From an uncultured Oscillospiraceae bacterium (lineage in GTDB: Bacteria > Bacillota > Clostridia > Peptostreptococcales > Anaerovoracaceae), in assembly GCA_964489555.1 (NCBI GenBank), contig CAZAZF010000006.1:42592-106591 (forward strand): DNA of 64,000 nt. The letters are read 5' to 3'. Numbering within the stretch: position 1 is the stretch's first letter; each line of letters starts with the position of its first letter. A program made the position numbers and the translations under genes. The notes under the pieces are model-generated. The model did not search any database and was not told where the DNA came from. It worked only from the letters and a program-made list of their open reading frames with translations. Positions 1-9,412 of the stretch are shown piece by piece.

Positions 1-1
1 T

Positions 2-1072
2 ATCATCAAGATTGGGGTTTTCCAACCCTTGACCGGTGAAAACGGTGGAGGCGGGCAACAGGAAGTAGATGGCATTAAGTATGCCAATTCCGTTAAGCCC
101 ACGGTTATGATTGATGGCGTAGAGTATAAAGTGGAGTTGGTGATATCGGACAATCAATCCGACAAAACCATGGCTGTTACAGCAGCCAACTACTTAATTG
201 ATCAGGGCGTAGTTGCAGTGATTGGCTCCTATGGCTCCGGTGTATCCATCGCGGCCGGTGAGGTATTTTCCGATGCCGGAATTCCTGCAGTTGGAGCTTC
301 TTGCACCAATCCTCAGGTAACCAGTGCCAACGAATGGTATTTCCGAGTTTGTTTCCTCGATCCTTTCCAGGGAACCGTTATGGCCAACTTTGCCGTTCAG
401 AATGGTGCCAAAACGGCGGCTGTTATCACCCAGTTGGGTGACGACTATTCCACAGGGCTTGGAAATTTCTTCATGGAAGCTTTCAAAGATCTTACCGGAG
501 ATGACGGTGCTGTTGTTGTAAATCAAACCTTCCAACAGAACCAAGCTGATTTCAATGCCATTCTTCAGAATGTGAAAGCAGCTAACCCGGATGTAATATT
601 TGCACCCTCGTCCATTACAACGGCTCCCCTGATTATTAAGCAGGCCAGAGCTCTTGGAATACAAGCCACCATTATGGGTGGAGATACTTGGGAAAACATC
701 ACCATCGTAGAGAATGCCGGAGCGGATGCAGAAGGAATCGTACTGTCCACCTTCTTTGATGCCGGACTGGCAGATTCCAGCCAATTGGCCAAGGATTTCG
801 TAGATGGGTTCTCCCAGGCGTATTACACACCGGTACCGGCCGTATCTGCATTGGGATATGATGCGTATATGGTAGTATTGGATGCCATTGAAAGAGCCGG
901 TGTCACGGATGGAGAATCCATTCAGGCTGCGTTGAATGCAACCGACAATTTTGAGGGTGTTACAGGAACTGTAACCTTTGACGCATTGGGAGATGCCCAA
1001 AAGAATATGGCGGTTATCAAGACGGTTACCAACGGTGAATTTGTATTCTTGCAAGCTGTAACCGTAGAGTAA
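2..1072 (+). CDS. Branched-chain amino acid ABC transporter substrate-binding protein (LivJ/LivK family), 5' end cut by window edge
   Basis: Frame is open from nt 2 (IIKIGVFQPLTGENGGGG...), so the Met at 29 is internal. Type-I periplasmic binding protein pattern (VIGSYGSG, FRVCF). Lies directly upstream of livHMGF-type genes. Confidence 0.85.
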   Translation: MIKIGVFQPLTGENGGGGQQEVDGIKYANSVKPTVMIDGVEYKVELVISDNQSDKTMAVTAANYLIDQGVVAVIGSYGSGVSIAAGEVFSDAGIPAVGASCTNPQVTSANEWYFRVCFLDPFQGTVMANFAVQNGAKTAAVITQLGDDYSTGLGNFFMEAFKDLTGDDGAVVVNQTFQQNQADFNAILQNVKAANPDVIFAPSSITTAPLIIKQARALGIQATIMGGDTWENITIVENAGADAEGIVLSTFFDAGLADSSQLAKDFVDGFSQAYYTPVPAVSALGYDAYMVVLDAIERAGVTDGESIQAALNATDNFEGVTGTVTFDALGDAQKNMAVIKTVTNGEFVFLQAVTVE

Positions 1073-1113
1073 TCTGTAAGAGAACTTCGTTTTATTTGGG
1101 ATTTACATGAGAC

Positions 1114-1148
1114 GGGCAGGAGGAGGATCCTTCTCCTGCCCTATTTAT
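1114..1148 (+). terminator. Hairpin (11-bp stem, GGATCC loop) with weak T tract; probable partial terminator/attenuator between binding-protein gene and permease genes
   Basis: GGGCAGGAGGA-GGATCC-TTCTCCTGCCC followed by TATTTAT. Placement after an SBP gene is typical for stoichiometry control in ABC operons. Confidence 0.5.
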
Positions 1149-1199
1149 GACAAATTGACAGCAGGGGGAAGGACTTAAATCTAACTATTGGAGAAAAGA

Positions 1200-2093
1200 A
1201 TGGATGCCATAACCTTTTTTCAGAATTGCGTCACCGGGGTCTCCTTGGGCTCAGCCTATGCGCTGATTGCCATCGGGTATACCATGGTTTACGGAATCCT
1301 GCGACTGATTAACTTTGCCCATGGAGATATTTTCATGATGGCAGGGTATTTTACTATTTTTGCCGTATCATCTTTTGGGATGCCGTGGTATATCGCCATC
1401 TTGTTCGTGATTTTGGTTACGGTCCTTTTGGGAGTGGCCATTGAGAGAGCGGCCTACAAGCCTCTGAGGGAGGCACCGCGAATGTCCATTATGATTTCGG
1501 CTATCGGAGTTTCTTATCTTTTGGTCAATTCCGCCACCTACCTGTTTACCGGATTGCCCCGTGCATACCCTCAACTGGGATTTTTGCAGAAGGTATTCCA
1601 ATTGGGGCCTGTTTCTGCACCCATTGTCACCTTTATCACACCCATCGTCACCTTGGTGCTCTTGTTTGTGTTGATGTATTTAGTCAACAACACAAAGACC
1701 GGAATGGCCATGCGTGCTGTGTCCAAGGATTTTGAAGCGGCCAAACTGATGGGAATTGAAATCAACCGGATTATTACCATTACTTTTGTAATCGGGTGTT
1801 CGTTGGCTGCCATCAGTGCCATTCTCTATTTTTCACCCAGACCTATGGTCTACCCCTTCAGTGGCTTTATGCCGGGTCTGAAGTGCTTTGTGGCTGCGGT
1901 ACTGGGGGGGATTGGAAATATCCCAGGGGCAGTAATCGGTGGATTTATTATCGGCCTGGCAGAAACTTTTCTGGTGGCCGCATTCCCCGCTATGACGGGG
2001 TACAGTGATGCCTTTACCTTTGTATTGTTAATCATAATGCTGCTCTTCCGACCCACCGGGCTTTTGGGCGAGAAGATTGCAGAGAAAGTGTGA
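1200..2093 (+). CDS. livH: Branched-chain amino acid ABC transporter permease LivH
   Basis: ORF opens at TTG 1188, but GGAG (1190-1193) plus ATG 1200 fits better. MDAITFFQNCVTGVSLGSAYALIAIGYTMVYG is a canonical LivH N-terminus. Polytopic membrane protein. Confidence 0.9.
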   Translation: MDAITFFQNCVTGVSLGSAYALIAIGYTMVYGILRLINFAHGDIFMMAGYFTIFAVSSFGMPWYIAILFVILVTVLLGVAIERAAYKPLREAPRMSIMISAIGVSYLLVNSATYLFTGLPRAYPQLGFLQKVFQLGPVSAPIVTFITPIVTLVLLFVLMYLVNNTKTGMAMRAVSKDFEAAKLMGIEINRIITITFVIGCSLAAISAILYFSPRPMVYPFSGFMPGLKCFVAAVLGGIGNIPGAVIGGFIIGLAETFLVAAFPAMTGYSDAFTFVLLIIMLLFRPTGLLGEKIAEKV

Positions 2094-3334
2094 TGCCTAT
2101 GGATTTTCAATACAAAAAATTAAGTAAAAAGACAAAGATGATTCTGACCATTCTGCTGGTTCTTGGTTGCGTGGTTCTCACCTATATGTTGGACCAAGGA
2201 ATGATAGGAACTTCCTATACGATTCGAATTGTTCGAATCTCTGTTATATATGCCTTGATTGGAGTGTCCATGAACCTGGTCAATGGGTTTACCGGAGTCT
2301 TCTCCTTGGGACAAGCCGGCTTTATGGCTATTGGGGCGTATTCCGTGGGGGTATTCACCATCCCCTTTGAATCCCGGGCCAATGTATATTATCTGGTGCC
2401 CATGAGCGAAAAAATCGTCAATGTGGAATTGTCCTTTGCGACGGCTCTTATTATGGGCGGTTTGTTAGCGGCCGCTTTTGCTGCCCTCATCGGTGCTCCC
2501 GTATTGCGGCTGAAAAGCGATTATTTGGCCATTGCCACCTTGGGTTTTTCCGAAATTGTCCGGGCTTTGATTGCCAATAATCAATTGTGGCCCATTACCA
2601 ACGGTTCCTTGGGATTGAAGAGCATACCGGGGTATGAGTCTCTGTTTACGCCCGTATTGATTTCGGCGGCGGGCATTGCCTTTATGGTTCTTTTGATCAA
2701 TTCCTCTTATGGAAGAGCTTTCAAAGCTATTCGGGAGGATGAGATTGCGGCAGAAGCCATGGGAATCAATTTATTCAAGCACAAAGAGATGTCTTTTGTA
2801 ATCTCCGCCTTTTTCGCCGGTATCGGCGGGGGTCTTTTGGCGGTCCATCTGACGGCTATCGATACCAATCAATTCAAAATTATGGTTACCTATGAATTGC
2901 TGTTAATCATTGTTTTGGGAGGATTGGGAAGTGTGACGGGAACCGTCATTTCTGCATTTGTGATTTCCTTCGGGAAGGAGCTCTTGCGTTGGTTTGACCT
3001 GCCTCATTACATAGGAGGTTGGGCTATTCCTATCTTCCGCCCTGGTTTGCGTATGGTCATCTTCAGTTTGCTGTTGATGATGGTGGTTTTGTTTTGGAGA
3101 CGAGGTCTGATGGGGCGAAAGGAATTTTCCTGGGATGGCATTTATAATTTCTTTCGAAAGTGGCCTTGGCGGTGGCGAAAGTTGGTGCGGGGCGAATATA
3201 AAATAGAAAACCGGGAAAGACGGAAAACCCAAAAAGAAGGAAGAGCGGTAGACAAGGCGGGTCGAGCTGCGGGAAGAGCCGTGCGCCGAGAAGAAAAACA
3301 GAAGCAAAAGGAGGTGGATTCGAATGCAGAATAA
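2090..3334 (+). CDS. livM: Branched-chain amino acid ABC transporter permease LivM with unusual ~65-aa polybasic C-terminal tail
   Basis: GTG 2090/ATG 2093 overlaps the livH stop. LivM-type core (LGQAGFMAIGAY, LRLKSDYLAIATLGF). Tail is RKWPWRWRKLVRGEYKIENRERRKTQKEGRAVDKAGRAAGRAVRREEKQKQKE. Confidence 0.88.
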   Translation: MMPMDFQYKKLSKKTKMILTILLVLGCVVLTYMLDQGMIGTSYTIRIVRISVIYALIGVSMNLVNGFTGVFSLGQAGFMAIGAYSVGVFTIPFESRANVYYLVPMSEKIVNVELSFATALIMGGLLAAAFAALIGAPVLRLKSDYLAIATLGFSEIVRALIANNQLWPITNGSLGLKSIPGYESLFTPVLISAAGIAFMVLLINSSYGRAFKAIREDEIAAEAMGINLFKHKEMSFVISAFFAGIGGGLLAVHLTAIDTNQFKIMVTYELLLIIVLGGLGSVTGTVISAFVISFGKELLRWFDLPHYIGGWAIPIFRPGLRMVIFSLLLMMVVLFWRRGLMGRKEFSWDGIYNFFRKWPWRWRKLVRGEYKIENRERRKTQKEGRAVDKAGRAAGRAVRREEKQKQKEVDSNAE

Positions 3335-4178
3335 TGCAGCGGAAAAGCCCAATGTGCTTCGTGTGGCCGATGCCACCATGCAGTTTGGCGGGGTAGTGGC
3401 TCTGAACAATTTGAATATGGATGTAAATAAAGGCGAAATTGTGGGTTTGATTGGCCCGAACGGGGCGGGAAAAACCACGGCTTTTAATGTAATAACCGGA
3501 GTGTATCCTCCCACCAACGGAGCCATTTATCTCCATGGTGAAATGATTGTGTCCAATTATCCCCAAGGAAAGATGAAAGAACTCTATGCTGGGGAAAACA
3601 GGGGAAAATATACGAAGGCAAAGGTTTTAACCCCCGATAAAATTACGAAAATGAAGGTGGCCAGAACCTTCCAAAATATTCGATTATTTAAGGAACTCAC
3701 CGTATATGAAAACGTATTGATTGCCCAACATGTGAAACTGAAAGCCAACTGGTTTACCGCCACTTTAAAAATCAATCATAAAGAAGAGAAGGCCATGCGA
3801 GACGAAACCATGCGACTACTTTCCATACTGGATTTGGCGGACGTGAAAGATGCCGTGGCTTCTTCATTGCCTTATGGGAAACAGCGCCACATCGAAATCG
3901 CCAGGGCGTTGGCCACTGAACCGGCTATGTTACTTTTGGACGAGCCGGCGGCGGGAATGAATCCCCAGGAATCTGACGAGTTGATGCGGTTTGTGGGAAG
4001 AATCCGGGATGATTTTCAACTATCCATCCTGATGATTGAACATCACATGCAGGTGGTCATGGGCATTTGTGAACGCATCTACGTTCTGGATTACGGAAAA
4101 TTGATTGCCCAGGGAACTCCCAAAGAGATTCAGAAGGATCCCAAGGTAATCGAGGCATATTTGGGGGTGGATGACTGA
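3324..4178 (+). CDS. livG: Branched-chain amino acid ABC transporter ATP-binding protein LivG
   Basis: Walker A GPNGAGKTT, Walker B LLLDEPAAGM. Carries the LivG-specific insertions. Overlaps the livM end by 11 nt. Confidence 0.92.
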   Translation: MQNNAAEKPNVLRVADATMQFGGVVALNNLNMDVNKGEIVGLIGPNGAGKTTAFNVITGVYPPTNGAIYLHGEMIVSNYPQGKMKELYAGENRGKYTKAKVLTPDKITKMKVARTFQNIRLFKELTVYENVLIAQHVKLKANWFTATLKINHKEEKAMRDETMRLLSILDLADVKDAVASSLPYGKQRHIEIARALATEPAMLLLDEPAAGMNPQESDELMRFVGRIRDDFQLSILMIEHHMQVVMGICERIYVLDYGKLIAQGTPKEIQKDPKVIEAYLGVDD

Positions 4179-4882
4179 TGCTGAGAATAGACAATTTGAA
4201 CATTCATTATGGCGGAATTCATGCTCTTCGAGGAGTTAGCCTGGAGGTGCCGGATCGAAAGATTATTTCTTTGATTGGGGCAAATGGCGCCGGCAAAAGC
4301 ACTACCTTGAAGGCTATTATGAGTTTAATCCCTAAAACTTCGGGGCTGATTGAATTTAACCAACGCGATATTACTAGGATGCAGACCAGAGATATTGTAT
4401 CCGAAGGGGTGGTGTTATGCCCCGAGGGGAGACGTGTTTTCCCCGACTTGACTGTAGAAGAAAATATGACTATGGGTGCTTTTTTGCGAAAAGACAAGGA
4501 AGGAATCCGAAGGGATACCCAATGGGTTTATGATTTATTCCCCCGACTGCTGGAGAGAAAGTGGCAGCTGGCGGGAACCCTTTCCGGAGGGGAACAGCAG
4601 ATGTTGGCCGTAGGGCGGGCATTGATGAGCAAGCCCAAATTGCTGATGATGGATGAGCCTTCACTGGGGCTGGCTCCATTGGTGGTAAAAAGTATTTTTC
4701 AGATTATACAAGAAATCAATCGAGCGGGAGTGAACGTCTTGCTGATTGAACAAAATGCCAAAGCGGCTCTGGAGATTTCCGACTATGCCTATGTATTAGA
4801 AACAGGAGTGGTTACACTTTCGGGAACGGGAAAGGAGCTCTTGGGCAACGACAAGGTTCGCGCAGCTTACTTGGGAGAATAA
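4178..4882 (+). CDS. livF: Branched-chain amino acid ABC transporter ATP-binding protein LivF
   Basis: Walker A GANGAGKST, signature LSGGEQQML, Walker B LLMMDEPSLGL. TGATG overlap with livG. Confidence 0.92.
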   Translation: MLRIDNLNIHYGGIHALRGVSLEVPDRKIISLIGANGAGKSTTLKAIMSLIPKTSGLIEFNQRDITRMQTRDIVSEGVVLCPEGRRVFPDLTVEENMTMGAFLRKDKEGIRRDTQWVYDLFPRLLERKWQLAGTLSGGEQQMLAVGRALMSKPKLLMMDEPSLGLAPLVVKSIFQIIQEINRAGVNVLLIEQNAKAALEISDYAYVLETGVVTLSGTGKELLGNDKVRAAYLGE

Positions 4883-4908
4883 AGTCCCCGGGAGGAATGA
4901 GGGGTTTT

Positions 4909-6114
4909 ATGAAAAGAAGGGGAAAAAGGTGGAAAATCGGATTGCTGGCAGCGTGTGTTTTTCTGCTGGCCGGATGTCAAACCTATGATAATTTTGTGAC
5001 CACATGGATTACCCATCAGGCAGTAGAACGGTCTGTAATTCGAATTGGCGTGTATGAACCCTTGACGGGGGAAGATAAGGCCTATGGAGAATTGGAAAAA
5101 ATGGGCATAGAGTTGGCCCGGGAGATTTATCCCACTGCTTTGGGCAAAGAAATCGAACTGATTTACGGGGACAACCAATCGGATATTTACACGGGCGAAA
5201 CGGTGGCTAGAGATCTGGTGGCCAAAGGTGTCAGCGTAATACTGGGAAGCTATGGCAGTGTCAATTCTCTGGTCGGAGCACCTATTTTTGAAGAGGCTAA
5301 AATCCCGGCTATTGCCATTACCAACATCAATCCTTTGGTTACAGCCAACAACCCTTATTATTGCAGGATTTGCTTTGTAGAAGCTTTTCAGGGTGTGGCA
5401 CTGGCCAAGTATACCGTGGAACAACTTCATACTGATACGGTGGCAATCATGCGACCCGGCAATGATGATCGAGCTCAAGCGGTGAGTAAAAGCTTTTCTG
5501 ACAAGATAACACAGCTAGGTGGAAATGTGGCGTTAACGGTAGAATTTCCTGCGAGCCAAGGGGATTACAGTAACCAACTTATGCGATTGAAGGAATCCGG
5601 CCTTCGGGTCTGTTTTCTTCCGGCGGGACTTGTTGACTCCATTCAGATTATTAATCAAGCAAAAACCGTGGGGCTGAACTGTACTTTTTTGGGAACGGAC
5701 GACTGGGAGGACGAAGCGCTGATTTACCAGGCCGGCACGGCAGCCACCAATGTGATGGCGTTTTCTTCTTTGTTTGATGAAGCCGCCGGAACCCAGGAAA
5801 CAGAAGTGTTTATGGCGGCATTTAAAAAGAAATATGGAGCGGATGCCGTACCACAACAAGCTACTGTACTGGCCTACGATGCCTATTTGGTAGCACGAAG
5901 TGCCATAATACGTGCCGGAACTGCTACCCGGGGAGAGTTGATTATGGAACAGATTCTGAAGCATCGTGAATTTCAGGGGGCTTCCGGGTCTATTACCTTC
6001 AATGAAACGGGAGATCCTACAAAGACGGTAGCCATCAAAACCATTCGAGATAAGGAGTTTACAACCATATTTACCGTAGTACCCAATTGGGTAGAGGCAC
6101 CGGTTACAGAATAG
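4909..6114 (+). CDS. Second LivJ/LivK-family substrate-binding lipoprotein
   Basis: Signal peptide with lipobox LLAGC. IRIGVYEPLTGEDKAYG, ILGSYGS and CRICF motifs parallel the first SBP. ATG 4897 sits directly against the RBS, so ATG 4909 is preferred. Confidence 0.85.
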   Translation: MKRRGKRWKIGLLAACVFLLAGCQTYDNFVTTWITHQAVERSVIRIGVYEPLTGEDKAYGELEKMGIELAREIYPTALGKEIELIYGDNQSDIYTGETVARDLVAKGVSVILGSYGSVNSLVGAPIFEEAKIPAIAITNINPLVTANNPYYCRICFVEAFQGVALAKYTVEQLHTDTVAIMRPGNDDRAQAVSKSFSDKITQLGGNVALTVEFPASQGDYSNQLMRLKESGLRVCFLPAGLVDSIQIINQAKTVGLNCTFLGTDDWEDEALIYQAGTAATNVMAFSSLFDEAAGTQETEVFMAAFKKKYGADAVPQQATVLAYDAYLVARSAIIRAGTATRGELIMEQILKHREFQGASGSITFNETGDPTKTVAIKTIRDKEFTTIFTVVPNWVEAPVTE

Positions 6115-6144
6115 GCCGGGTTTTTAGAAGAATAGGAGGATACG

Positions 6145-6369
6145 ATGGAAGAAAAAATCAGAGAAGCCATGGAACAAATCAGACCTTTATTGCAACGAGA
6201 TGGTGGAGACATTGAGTTTGTAGAGTATACCGAAGACAAGGTGGTAAAGGTGCGGTTGCAAGGCCACTGCGTGGGGTGCCCGGGAGCAAGGATGACCTTG
6301 TCTGGTGTAGTAGAAAGAATTTTAAAAGAAGCATATCCTGAGATCGTCAGAGTGGAAGCGGTAGATTAG
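6145..6369 (+). CDS. NifU C-terminal-domain (Nfu-type) Fe-S cluster scaffold/carrier protein
   Basis: 74 aa. RPLLQRDGGDIEFV...GHCVGCPGARMTL is the Nfu CxxC pattern. Confidence 0.85.
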   Translation: MEEKIREAMEQIRPLLQRDGGDIEFVEYTEDKVVKVRLQGHCVGCPGARMTLSGVVERILKEAYPEIVRVEAVD

Positions 6370-6389
6370 TTTGCCGATTCGGAGGAATC

Positions 6390-7652
6390 ATGAACGGAAA
6401 GCGAGTACTTCAAGTATTAATAGCTCTGCTGATTTTAGTGAGTGGATTTTTGGTCTACTCACTGTTTTTTGAGAAGGAAGAATTAGTCCAGGAAGCTCCG
6501 GCTCCGGAGGAACCGGCCAAGGCGGATATCACCCATTTGGAAATTCTTTGTGTGGGGGATGTGATGTACCATTCTTCCCAGTTGACAGCAGCAGTTCAAG
6601 AAGATGGCACCTACCATTTTGAGGAGACTTATCAGTATGTAAAGCCGTATATTCAACGAGCCGATGTGGCAATCTTTAATCTGGAAACCACTTTTGGCCA
6701 GGCACCCTATACCGGATATCCTTCCTTTAGTACTCCGGATATTCTGGCGGAAAATTTGAGAAGTGTGGGTTTTGATGTGGCTGCCACGGCCAACAATCAT
6801 GTGAATGATCGAGGGGTTTTAGGAATCGACCGCACCCTTCAGGTTTTAAGGCAGCAACATTTTGTGACCACCGGAAGCAGAGATGTGCTTTCCAGGCCAA
6901 GATGGGCAACTCGCATGGTGAAAGGAATATGGGTTGGTACGCTAGCCTATACCTATCAAACACCATCCCTACCCGGTAGAGTTTCCATCAATGGCAGCTT
7001 TGTTTCTCAGGAGACGGCGGACCGAATCAATTCTTTTGGCTATGAAAATATGGATGCTGAGGTGGCTAAGATTAACGAACAAGTTGGCCTTATGAAACAG
7101 AGTGGCATGGACATTGTGATTCTTTATCTTCATTGGGGAGAAGAGTATCAATTGAAGGCCAACCCCTGGCAGCATTATATCAAAGAAAGCCTGACTCAGA
7201 ATTCGGATATTGACATGATTTTCGGCTCCCATCCCCATACATTGCAGGAGATGGAATTGGCCAATCAGCGGGTGCCGGTATATTTCAGCTTGGGAAATTT
7301 CGTCAGCAATCAACGGTTGGAAACCTTGGGAAATCGCTACACTGAAACAGGGGCGATGGCTCGAGTTACTCTGGAATACGATCGAACCGCCAGGGAAATT
7401 ACCGGTTTGGTGATGGAAGCGATTCCCACTTGGGTGGAAAAATACAAGAAGGACGGTAGGGATCATTATTTTATCATTCCTTTGGATGAACAGTTGGAAC
7501 AAAACCCTCAGCTATTGTATTCCGGTCACTTGGCTAGAGCCCGACAGGCCAAAGAGGATGCGCTGGGGTTGTTGGGAACGTTCCGAATCCAGCAGCAATT
7601 TAGAGCGTTGGAAGAAAGTCGGGAAGAATTGCAACGGAATGGGGAGGAGTAG
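6390..7652 (+). CDS. CapA/PGA_cap-family membrane-anchored metallophosphatase-like protein
   Basis: N-terminal TM helix, then CVGDVM, ATANNHVNDRG, HWGEEY and GSHPH motifs typical of the CapA family. Confidence 0.75.
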   Translation: MNGKRVLQVLIALLILVSGFLVYSLFFEKEELVQEAPAPEEPAKADITHLEILCVGDVMYHSSQLTAAVQEDGTYHFEETYQYVKPYIQRADVAIFNLETTFGQAPYTGYPSFSTPDILAENLRSVGFDVAATANNHVNDRGVLGIDRTLQVLRQQHFVTTGSRDVLSRPRWATRMVKGIWVGTLAYTYQTPSLPGRVSINGSFVSQETADRINSFGYENMDAEVAKINEQVGLMKQSGMDIVILYLHWGEEYQLKANPWQHYIKESLTQNSDIDMIFGSHPHTLQEMELANQRVPVYFSLGNFVSNQRLETLGNRYTETGAMARVTLEYDRTAREITGLVMEAIPTWVEKYKKDGRDHYFIIPLDEQLEQNPQLLYSGHLARARQAKEDALGLLGTFRIQQQFRALEESREELQRNGEE

Positions 7653-7658
7653 AATAAA

Positions 7659-9107
7659 GTGGACGGCTTGTGGCAAGAATTGGCGGAAAAAATCAAAGGA
7701 TACGAAGAGGAGCTGGTGAGTTCCCTGTCAGAATTAATTCAAATTCCCAGTGTAAGGAAGGAGCCGGTTGTTCTGGATGGAGAGTTGCTTCCTTTTGGCC
7801 AAGAAGTACATAATGCTTTATTGTATATGCACCATTTGGCCCGGAAAGAGGGCTTCTCCTTCTTTGATGTGGATCATTACGGGGGCCACATGGACTATGG
7901 TGTTCCCAAAGAAAAAACACTGGGCATTCTCTTGCACTTGGATGTGGTGCCGGAAGGAACCGGATGGGACATGGATCCTTTTGGGGGGCAAGTGGTAGGA
8001 GATCGAATCTACGGTCGTGGAGCTTTGGACGACAAGGGCCCCACTATAGCCGTCTTTTATGCGTTGAAAGCGTTGAAAGATTTGGGGTATGAGCCGGAAG
8101 TGAGCATTCGGTTGGTCTTTGGTTTGGATGAAGAAACCGGTTGGTCTGGAATGGATTACTATCTGGCTCGCCAAAAGGCTCCTGATTTTGGTTTCACTCC
8201 CGATGCGGAATTTCCTGCTATTTCCGGGGAAAAGGGGATTTTGGTTTTTGATGTGGTGAAAAAGCTATCCAAAACTGTAGGGTTGGACCGTGGTTTGGAA
8301 CTTCGATCCCTCAAGGGAGGCCATGCGGCAAATATGGTGGCGGATTATGCTCGGGCCTTGTTGTTTCAACGGGACGCCAAGGGTTATGAGGAAATCAAAG
8401 AGCGAGTTTCTGCCATGTCTACCCCGGAAAAAGGGAGTCTCCGTTGTCGGCATACCGGAAAAAGCCTGGAAGTGGTGGCAGAAGGCGTCAGTGCCCACGG
8501 AGCCAAACCGGAGCACGGATTCAATGCCATCTCTCTTTTAATGGATTTTCTAGGGCAATTGACCTTTGCAGAGGACGATGTAAACGATTTCATCCAATTC
8601 TACAACCAACATATTGGATATGAGGTAAGTGGAAAAGGCTTGAATCTGGATTTGGAAGATGAAGAAAGCGGGAAATTGATTCTTAACATCGGAAAAGCCT
8701 ATATGAATAGTAAGGAAGCCCGAATTACGGTGAACATTCGGTATCCTGTTACCTATGGGGAAGAAGAAATTTATCGACTTTTGATGGAGATATTGACACC
8801 TTGTCAGATGGGGATTATTAAAACCATGGTCCAGCATCCCATTTATTTTTCCAAAGAGGATCCCTTTATTCGAAAATTGATGGGGGTGTATGCCAAGGTG
8901 ACGGGAGATGGAAAAAGCCAGCCTCTTGTAATCGGCGGAGGCACCTATGCAAGGGCCATGGATCAGTTTGTGGCCTTTGGACCTTCTTTTCCGGGAGAAC
9001 GGGAAGTGGCCCACCAAAAAAATGAATATATGGAGATTTCCAAGCTGATGACAGCGGCGGTAATCTATGGGCAGGCCATCTATGAATTGACTTGTGAAAA
9101 GGTGTGA
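7659..9107 (+). CDS. pepV: M20-family dipeptidase (PepV/Sapep type)
   Basis: GTG start. HLDVVPEG, GRGALDDKGP and DEETGW metal-ligand motifs. About 480 aa, as expected for PepV. Confidence 0.85.
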   Translation: MDGLWQELAEKIKGYEEELVSSLSELIQIPSVRKEPVVLDGELLPFGQEVHNALLYMHHLARKEGFSFFDVDHYGGHMDYGVPKEKTLGILLHLDVVPEGTGWDMDPFGGQVVGDRIYGRGALDDKGPTIAVFYALKALKDLGYEPEVSIRLVFGLDEETGWSGMDYYLARQKAPDFGFTPDAEFPAISGEKGILVFDVVKKLSKTVGLDRGLELRSLKGGHAANMVADYARALLFQRDAKGYEEIKERVSAMSTPEKGSLRCRHTGKSLEVVAEGVSAHGAKPEHGFNAISLLMDFLGQLTFAEDDVNDFIQFYNQHIGYEVSGKGLNLDLEDEESGKLILNIGKAYMNSKEARITVNIRYPVTYGEEEIYRLLMEILTPCQMGIIKTMVQHPIYFSKEDPFIRKLMGVYAKVTGDGKSQPLVIGGGTYARAMDQFVAFGPSFPGEREVAHQKNEYMEISKLMTAAVIYGQAIYELTCEKV

Positions 9108-9131
9108 AGCACAAAAAGGTGTGAAAACTTC

Positions 9132-9160
9132 TTGATTGTCAGTGAGGGGCAGAGTATAAT
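9132..9160 (+). promoter_or_regulatory. Sigma-A type promoter for riboswitch-ribU
   Basis: TTGATT-N17-TATAAT. Confidence 0.6.
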
Positions 9161-9181
9161 AGGTTTGTTAAATAGTTAATC

Positions 9182-9318
9182 TGTTTCAGGGCGAGGTGAA
9201 AGTCCTCACCGGTGGTAAAGAGCAAATGGCTACGAGTCCACGAGCTTTGGGAAGTGATTCCCGGGGCCGAATCGGTTGAATTCCGATACCGACGGTTAGA
9301 GTCCGGATGAAAGAAACA
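9182..9318 (+). promoter_or_regulatory. FMN riboswitch (RFN element) aptamer
   Basis: AGGGCGAGGTGAAAGTCCTCACCGGTGGT ... AGTCCACGAGC ... GGTTGAATTCCGATACCGACGGTTAGAGTCCGGATGAAAGAAAC matches conserved RFN core segments. P1 pairs TGTTTC with GAAACA. Sits upstream of a riboflavin transporter gene. Confidence 0.92.
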
Positions 9319-9339
9319 AGCGATGATTCGCGTGGAACG

Positions 9340-9372
9340 CCCTGGAGTTTTTATGGACTCCGGGGCTTTTTA
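9340..9372 (+). terminator. Riboswitch expression-platform terminator
   Basis: CCCTGGAGT-loop-ACTCCGGGG followed by CTTTTT. Confidence 0.65.
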
Positions 9373-9412
9373 TGACCTGACAGATTCCATACAACGAAGG
9401 AGGAATTTGAAC

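Noticed and set aside
194-1054. Long antisense ORFs opposite well-supported genes (194-1054, 2903-3526, 4867-5478, 28497-29084, 35002-35796, 45622-46233, 55609-56109, all on the - strand)
   Set aside because: Each lies entirely inside a gene with clear family motifs on the other strand. Their translations are low-complexity and Arg/Ser/Gly/His-rich with no motifs, no RBS and no plausible promoter. They are shadow ORFs.
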